Positions 59,201 through 64,000 of a DNA stretch of 64,000 nucleotides are shown here, one piece after another. Positions within the stretch are counted from its first letter, which is position 1. Every line of letters begins with the position of its first letter. The stretch is from Methanobacteriota archaeon (GTDB lineage: Archaea > Thermoplasmatota > Poseidoniia > Poseidoniales > Poseidoniaceae). Position numbers and translations under genes: made by a program. A model generated the notes under the pieces. The model was not told the DNA's origin. It made no database searches and saw nothing but the letters and a program-made list of their open reading frames with translations. The stretch lies in assembly GCA_038104845.1 (NCBI GenBank), contig JAYOBJ010000005.1, positions 8,809-72,808 on the forward strand, read 5' to 3'.

Positions 59201-59386
59201 ACACCTCTCGAACCCACCCCCGAAGTCTTGGCGAGCCCCGAAGACGAACGGGCATCGTTGGAAGCCGAGTTGGCAAGGATCGACGCAGCATGGAGCCACC
59301 GCGAAGCCAAACCCTCACCGTTGACCAACGCCAAGGATGTTGCCTTGACCGACCTCGAAGCTCGCTTGTCAGAACTTGAATTCTGA
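56204..59386 (+). CDS. Giant multidomain protein: N-terminal unknown region, Roadblock/LC7-like domain, PATAN/DUF4388-like domain, ~290-aa coiled coil, helical domain, Pro/Glu/Ser-rich tail
   Basis: 1060 aa. Residues ~128-232 (VRGALAMDGGLLIDHAGDLP...ITLHSDKGSLLLAQSGTIALAAW) fit the Roadblock pattern. Residues ~263-335 (PDAVISMLKAAMDESVTGHVQAG..AVSMVLDRGVPVACWA...MDEAMRMF...LKLIRFP) resemble DUF4388. Residues ~418-708 are heptad-like and E/R/A/L/Q-rich. The last ~100 aa are acidic and proline-rich. Confidence 0.7.
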   Translation: MFELPQGQPFEDDVTLEDGTLLPFAHGAITTTVGRRKTPSGHRLVRGGKPVAWMAKDANGDLLGGLEARLELERLERESNTKWAATVYTIRGLGEVADAVPEAFEHQADRQGLGARVNHVERLLARDLSSVVEQLAAHVTVRGALAMDGGLLIDHAGDLPGLGEAEAVCAHLHDLLSGMNAESLTNELGLHGQGHITLHSDKGSLLLAQSGTIALAAWTEKDANHARLLSGASLALEGELGAAGHGGAALPEGFTLREGKGGPDAVISMLKAAMDESVTGHVQAGASSKAVSMVLDRGVPVACWATSTESMDEAMRMFTDPKRKLKLIRFPSGTIVSPQSGTVEGFTLAGFCKDLATVRTRSEARQTTLTAMLNEAFGFEMGLQELKSARAKMAFVSSGADVAEPLPVMKDQAVAAMDAGLRRRLEQSQQREDALTREKAKLERKVAQLDQQRHAADIVAREATETRQEHTLALEEANASLNRMQVDLAQARAVAEEADARAERLMRRVNELEHQVSERAAELAKALGESSSSAALHNTITDLSLKEAELKANLDEGSQRLANVRQQSDDEERRLRVLTEQVSTARERHARVQADLLSLQEQVHLQQVELEASKSEVKMAQTRLDEDRERRSEEEARRAHVQAELRELMDERRVLLRELGDLGARRGHAEAELSSLVNKATVLAEAHEEALADIKEAERLRARLAEEPLAQALLNDNATFEGLGPVLNRLEHARTLGYSVTMLDRAVERSLQVIQSTVDHVASTPRHLLSSEVMTLLERQVPQTAGAVRGLARWSVQQRLEHQLGETVNHVVLDLEHLLEDFDRSITMLRRIRHVLEQVQRLGAPEHEVRALLANCQRPEALPSLAQGTRRLIQVALDDIYLEADQRNAGEAMALEETAKVLEELISQIDASGLADGIPQGHLWDFQRDGLLPFERESIPETQRLPVTASMLEDLEPHLLAEDHLEVAATVTSSDVDDEGWSSLPPPPLDESPATSPSPTPLEPTPEVLASPEDERASLEAELARIDAAWSHREAKPSPLTNAKDVALTDLEARLSELEF

Positions 59387-59388
59387 GC

Positions 59389-59643
59389 GTGGTTCCCATG
59401 GCCACCCCTGAGACCTTGATGGGACGTGAAGAACGGCTCGGTCCCGCAGCACCGCTGTGGCGGGAACGCATCTTGTTGGCGCTCGTGGTGACCGGGGTCG
59501 TCTTGGCTGGTCCAACGGTGCACAACGCCCTCGGCACCGGCTGGGGGTGGGGCATCGTGGCCTATGTCAGCCTTGCGCTGGGGCTGTTGGGCGTGTCCGA
59601 ATCGATCGGGCGTTGGCTCCAACGTCGCCTCAAAGCTGACTGA
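59389..59643 (+). CDS. Hypothetical small two-TM membrane protein
   Basis: A GTG start lies 2 nt after the giant gene stop, with an alternative ATG at 59398. It has two hydrophobic helices (ILLALVVTGVVLAG; GWGIVAYVSLALGLLGV) and a basic C-terminus. Confidence 0.4.
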   Translation: MVPMATPETLMGREERLGPAAPLWRERILLALVVTGVVLAGPTVHNALGTGWGWGIVAYVSLALGLLGVSESIGRWLQRRLKAD

Positions 59644-60847
59644 AATCCTTCGACGGCGGTTCGACTTGAACCGGAGCCAAACGGGATTGGACAAAACCAA
59701 TCACTCGCTGCCATGGGATGAAAAAGCGGAGCAGGGCCATCATCCCAAGGAACAGCAGCGCGGAGATCACAAGGCCGTAGGTGAGGGTCAATTCGATCGA
59801 TTCCGATACTTGACTCGCCCATTGGCTTCCGGTCGTGTCCGAGACCAGGGTCAGCAGCACCTTGTGGAACCCGAGTGCCATCATGGTAGCGGCTCCAGTG
59901 AACCCGAGGAACAGGAAGGTATGGCGAAGGTGGGTGTTGAGCACGTTGTCCATTTGTCGAACGTATTCAGGGTCACGCTTGCATGACTCGGGAAGACGGA
60001 ACGCGTATTCCAGGTTTCGAATCACGCCGTAGGCTGCTTCCTGGAACACCATGATGAGGATGGCGATCATGATGAGACTGAACTGCTCCTGGGTCACCAG
60101 TTTGAGCCCGAGGAACCCAATGGTCGGGTTGGACGATTGACTTTCGAGCGTGGTCAAGGCGCCACCGTAGTCACCCAATTGGCCTCGAATCAGCGGGAAG
60201 GTCAGGAGCGCATGGATGCCCAGGAACAACAGCGTGAACCCGATGGACCAAGCGATGGAACGGCGGGACAGTCCCCAAATGCCGCGTGTCCCCATGATCA
60301 CCGGCAGGAGGTAGATGAAGAGAATCATCAGCGAGAGAATCATCAACAACGGCCACTGCAAGGTCTCAAGTTCGGAATCCGTCGGCAAACGGAGGTCAAA
60401 CGTGAACAGCATGCCCGCCAACCAGGACACCACGAGCCGTCCGATGAGCAGCACCATCAAGCCAACGATGAAGCCCAACTTCAGTCGCTGTTGGACTTTC
60501 GGCGATTGGAAGGCGATGAAGGCCATGACACCGCCCAGCCCAACGCCCAGCACCAGCGGAACCACAAATCGACCCATTCCCGAACGGCCCTCGCCCGTGA
60601 GCCAATCGCCGATGGGCAGTTGGTCGGCGATGAGCAATTCGATGGTGTCAAACACGATGGTGTGGTCGATGGATTCAACCACGTAGGTGGACACAACTTC
60701 GAGGTACATGGCAACGAGCGCCACGGTGGCAAGCACCTGAAGCGCCAAAATTTGCCATTGACGGCGCAGATTCTTCAGATGCAAGGTTCGCGGCCGAGCG
60801 CTGCCTTCCAACAGCACATCGGATTGCAAACCAACCTCGCCTGCCAT
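59630..60847 (-). CDS. Hypothetical polytopic membrane protein (last gene of the DUF4350/DUF58 cluster)
   Basis: 405 aa with roughly 9-10 hydrophobic helices. It starts 1 nt after the DUF58 gene stop. No family recognised. Confidence 0.6.
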   Translation of the reverse strand: MAGEVGLQSDVLLEGSARPRTLHLKNLRRQWQILALQVLATVALVAMYLEVVSTYVVESIDHTIVFDTIELLIADQLPIGDWLTGEGRSGMGRFVVPLVLGVGLGGVMAFIAFQSPKVQQRLKLGFIVGLMVLLIGRLVVSWLAGMLFTFDLRLPTDSELETLQWPLLMILSLMILFIYLLPVIMGTRGIWGLSRRSIAWSIGFTLLFLGIHALLTFPLIRGQLGDYGGALTTLESQSSNPTIGFLGLKLVTQEQFSLIMIAILIMVFQEAAYGVIRNLEYAFRLPESCKRDPEYVRQMDNVLNTHLRHTFLFLGFTGAATMMALGFHKVLLTLVSDTTGSQWASQVSESIELTLTYGLVISALLFLGMMALLRFFIPWQRVIGFVQSRLAPVQVEPPSKDFSQL

Positions 60848-60848
60848 C

Positions 60849-62102
60849 TCAGTACCCCCTCACTTGCATCAATGCCTGGGACAAATCCATGTCGGGCATC
60901 CAATCGATGACCTGCGCCCCCGATCCGGCCAGGGTGGTCAGACGGTTTTGTCGCTCGAGCTTCAACACCTCATACGACATCCGAGGAATGCGACTGACCA
61001 GCCGCTCAAAGTCCACACTGGATGGCGACAGCACGGTGACTTCATGGCCTCGTCCAACGAGGTCGCGTACCGCTGCCGGGACCGTCCCGTCCCCTTCACA
61101 GGAGGAAATGATGAACACCGGGCTGCCGCGACTGAACCGGCCGCTGAGGGAATTGGTCACGGCTTGCAGAGGCATGGCGCCCTTGGGTGTCACGCCAGCA
61201 AGGGCGCTGAGGATCTTGAAGTACTGCTTGTCACCGGTGTCCGGCGGCAGATAGGCGAGTTTTTCGTCATAGATGGCCAGCGCCACCGAATCGCGCCGCT
61301 TGAGGAAGAACGCCGCAAGACTGGCGGCCGATACCGTTCCCATCTCAAGCGGGTTCTTGAGGACCGTACCGATGCGAGCCAGATCTCGGCTGTCAAGAAT
61401 GAGGTACAGATCGGTGACAGCGTCTCGGCACTTTTCGTTGACCATCAAATCGCCCGTTCGAGCGTAGGCCTTCCAATTGATGTTTTTGAACGGGTCACCG
61501 GGGACATACTCTCGAAGCGAGTAAAATTCCGACCCTTGACCGGGTGTTCGCAAGGTGGTGGCACCGGTGTACATCTTCGGCGTGCGGCTGCGCAAAATCG
61601 CTTCCTCCACGTTCTTGATTTGGGGGAAGATGACGATGTCGCTGTGGTGGTTGACGAACATTTCCTCCACACCGAGGTTGAACGTGTTGCGGGCACGCAA
61701 CGATACGGGACCGATGGAATAGTGGCCCCGCAAGGGGCAGCGGAGCACGTAGCGGATGCGAGCGCTCTCACCGGGCTTGAGGTTCAACTGCATTTGATTG
61801 AGCCCGCTGCGCAACTTCATTTCGTGGGGGATGTTGTCGTAGACGTCCAGCATCTGAGTCTTTCGATTGCTTCGGTTCGTCACCAACAACTCGACATACA
61901 AATCGTCGCCTTTGTAGAGGTTATCAGCCGAGAGGGTGCGTTGGACTTCGACTTCACCGTGGCCTGAAATCCACGAGTTGACGACGATGAAGGCCACCAG
62001 CGTGAGCCCCAAGATCATCATCTGCTGGTTGGAGATCATCATCCCGATGAGCACCAGCGCAATCCCGCCGGTGAAGGTGAAAGCTGCCTTACGCGTCCAC
62101 AC
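60849..62102 (-). CDS. DUF58 domain protein
   Basis: It has two N-terminal TM helices and then the DUF58 core REYVPGDPFKNINWKAYARTGDLMVNEKCRDAVTDLYLILDSRD. Confidence 0.75.
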   Translation of the reverse strand: MWTRKAAFTFTGGIALVLIGMMISNQQMMILGLTLVAFIVVNSWISGHGEVEVQRTLSADNLYKGDDLYVELLVTNRSNRKTQMLDVYDNIPHEMKLRSGLNQMQLNLKPGESARIRYVLRCPLRGHYSIGPVSLRARNTFNLGVEEMFVNHHSDIVIFPQIKNVEEAILRSRTPKMYTGATTLRTPGQGSEFYSLREYVPGDPFKNINWKAYARTGDLMVNEKCRDAVTDLYLILDSRDLARIGTVLKNPLEMGTVSAASLAAFFLKRRDSVALAIYDEKLAYLPPDTGDKQYFKILSALAGVTPKGAMPLQAVTNSLSGRFSRGSPVFIISSCEGDGTVPAAVRDLVGRGHEVTVLSPSSVDFERLVSRIPRMSYEVLKLERQNRLTTLAGSGAQVIDWMPDMDLSQALMQVRGY

Positions 62103-62111
62103 GGTACCACC

Positions 62112-63734
62112 TCAGCTGCGCCCCCACGCTTTGATGCGTTTTACAAGGGCCACGGTTTGCTCCAAACTGTAGCGTCCGCTGGTGTCCACAGCGAACTTGG
62201 AGAGCACGGGGTCGTTGATCATCGAGACGAGTTCGTTGGCCCGCATGTTCTGGAATTCTTCGCGCGTCAACCCGTTTTGATTGCGGACCTTGGACAGGAA
62301 GACCTGCCGGATTTTGTCCACCTTGGCGTAGTAAGCATACCGATTGGCGTCGCCAAAACCGTAGTAGATGATGCTGAAGACGTGCCGCCAAGGTTCGGGG
62401 TCGCGCTTTCGAATGAGGACCGCTTCAAAGACGATGAAGAGGATGAGGAACAGCAGCAACATGGCCAACCCTTCACCGGTGAAGTACACCAGCAGGAAGT
62501 ACACCGTGTTGTAGGAATCGGCGGCCAGAGCGCTCTGCGGGTGCCGTGATTCGTCAAAAATCACCATGGCATTTACAGCGGGTTGTCCCGCCTCCTCCGG
62601 AACCTCGCTCATCAACGCCTCTGCAATGAAATCGAGGGCCCATTTCCGGTTGTCGTTGGCGGGCATTTGGGTGTCGGTTGGTCCGTATTCACCATCGTTG
62701 AACCCTTCGTAGTCGTACATGGCGTTGATCAATGCCGACCCGTCGGAGATGAACACAACACGCCCGCCGTCGGTTGGCGAGCAGCTGGCGCGAGCGCAGA
62801 CCTCGATGCTGAGGTTGAATTGACCCCAACGGTCGGGTGTTTCCGGTGTGATTTCATTGCCAACCCAAATTTCACCGTCACCGTTGACGTCGACCGTCGC
62901 TTCGTTGCTCGTGATGGCACGCACCGACACCTCTGGAAGGGGGCCACGGACTCCGGGTATGACCTCTAGACCGGTGATGTTGTTGACCAACATTTGGTAG
63001 CTGGCGTTGAACGCCAGCGTGCCCGCCTCCAGGTGGTGCGCACACAACCCTGCTTCCTGTTCAGTCAGTTGTTGGCCGTTCAAAGCTGCGCACGGGTGGC
63101 TTCCGGCTCTGTTGGTGTTCGCCCATCGCTCGTGCGAGGTCAGTGTGGTCGGGTCAAGTTCCGTGCCGTTCATCCCGCACGGGCTGGCTTGCATGCACAT
63201 CCAGATGTAGTTGTAATCCAGGCTGGCCGCATACGTGGTGTCGAACACCTGTTCACCGGTGTAGCGGATCCCAAACGCTTCGGCAATCGTGCTCGCAAAC
63301 CCGTAATCCTCGAGCACCAAAGCGGTACCACCTGCCTCGACGAATTCGACAATGGCGTTGATCTCGGAGGGGGAGAATCCCTTGCCGGATGCCACGCTGA
63401 TGAAGCCGTCGTCATCAAACTGCGGCAGCGTGAGCGTGTCCCGTTCCACCCCGGCAAGGACGTACGTGGTGTTGCGGGGGTCGTCAATGTCGGCCAACAA
63501 CAACGGGCTGCTCACCAACGAGTGGGTTTCAATGCCCATGGCTTTGATGTCGGACCGGAACGCCGACATGTCGTTCCAATCGTCGTCGTAAGCAGAAAGC
63601 TGATTGGTGGCGCTCAGGTTGATAAAATTGGACAACACGGTCAACAGCAAAACGCCCAGCACAGCCCAAAATGCCACCTGCAAGGCGACCCTTCGGGCGT
63701 TGATGGAAGCGAACGGGCCAGACATGAGCATCAC
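62112..63734 (-). CDS. DUF4350-like membrane-anchored protein
   Basis: After an N-terminal TM helix comes DDDWNDMSAFRSDIKAMGIETHSL...TYVLAGVERD...INAIVEFVEAGGTALVLEDYG, the DUF4350-like pattern. It also has a large Cys-containing ectodomain, a C-terminal TM helix and a cytoplasmic tail. Confidence 0.55.
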   Translation of the reverse strand: MMLMSGPFASINARRVALQVAFWAVLGVLLLTVLSNFINLSATNQLSAYDDDWNDMSAFRSDIKAMGIETHSLVSSPLLLADIDDPRNTTYVLAGVERDTLTLPQFDDDGFISVASGKGFSPSEINAIVEFVEAGGTALVLEDYGFASTIAEAFGIRYTGEQVFDTTYAASLDYNYIWMCMQASPCGMNGTELDPTTLTSHERWANTNRAGSHPCAALNGQQLTEQEAGLCAHHLEAGTLAFNASYQMLVNNITGLEVIPGVRGPLPEVSVRAITSNEATVDVNGDGEIWVGNEITPETPDRWGQFNLSIEVCARASCSPTDGGRVVFISDGSALINAMYDYEGFNDGEYGPTDTQMPANDNRKWALDFIAEALMSEVPEEAGQPAVNAMVIFDESRHPQSALAADSYNTVYFLLVYFTGEGLAMLLLFLILFIVFEAVLIRKRDPEPWRHVFSIIYYGFGDANRYAYYAKVDKIRQVFLSKVRNQNGLTREEFQNMRANELVSMINDPVLSKFAVDTSGRYSLEQTVALVKRIKAWGRS

Positions 63735-63823
63735 GTGGACTGAATCCTATCATTTCACGGGCTCACTTGCCTTTAGAAGGTTGTCCACAACGGTTGGGAA
63801 AATGCTCACCGTCATCGGTTGGT

Positions 63824-64000
63824 TCAGCGGTTGAGATGAACGCTCGTCGCCACACGAGCCACGGACGCTGCTGGAATCATGACGGAAGAACCGTGGCTGG
63901 CAAAGGGCAGCGCCGACGCGTCGATCCCTTCGGCCACTTCAACCAACAATTCGCTCACGCTCCCCGTGTTGAGATCGATGTGAAGGTCAATCAGCCGACC
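63824..64000 (-). CDS. 3' end of an unidentified gene running off the window
   Basis: A minus-strand frame is open from the window edge to a TGA at 63824-63826 (...GRLIDLHIDLNTGSVSELLVEVAEGIDASALPFASHGSSVMIPAASVARVATSVHLNR*). It is not in the ORF track because no start codon lies in the window. Confidence 0.3.
   Translation of the reverse strand, partial: GRLIDLHIDLNTGSVSELLVEVAEGIDASALPFASHGSSVMIPAASVARVATSVHLNR

Overview
GC-rich, very tightly packed archaeal chromosome segment. All calls were made by eye from the sequence and ORF translations, with no database searches. Archaeal hallmarks are a thermosome, Alba, deoxyhypusine synthase, Bud32 kinase, PyrB/PyrI, Epd/FlaI-type pilus genes and a tRNA with a TTTAAA box about 30 nt upstream. 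They sit beside bacterial-type genes (DnaK, cobalamin-dependent MetH, TGS/editing-domain ThrRS). That mix resembles marine planktonic Thermoplasmatota (Poseidoniales-like), but this is unverified inference. I call about 56 CDS and one tRNA-Gly(GCC). I found no rRNA, CRISPR array, transposase or integrase. Most genes are housekeeping: C1/methionine, pyrimidine, NAD, polyamine/hypusine, chaperones and peptidases. The main leads are listed here. (1) A three-gene operon at 55852-59643 encodes a free Roadblock/LC7 protein, a 1060-aa Roadblock + PATAN-like + coiled-coil giant and a small 2-TM protein, with no GTPase partner in view. (2) An Epd/Tad-like type IV pilus operon at 3755-8785 has a split platform, one half carrying a ~200-aa ectodomain, and two G|Q pilin candidates. 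(3) A DUF4350-DUF58-membrane cluster has no MoxR in the window. (4) A cysteine-free Mrp/NBP35 is paired with a Cys-rich DUF971 protein. (5) A PAP2_3 lipid-phosphotransferase is fused to a glycosylated ectodomain. (6) A 71-nt repeat copies the tRNA-Gly 3' end plus its trailer hairpin. (7) There is a weak, divergent fluoride-riboswitch-like element upstream of crcB. (8) There is a candidate intergenic ncRNA with a 55-nt tandem repeat. (9) Three convergent gene pairs abut through TGATCA back-to-back stop codons. The many long antisense ORFs in the track are GC-driven artefacts.
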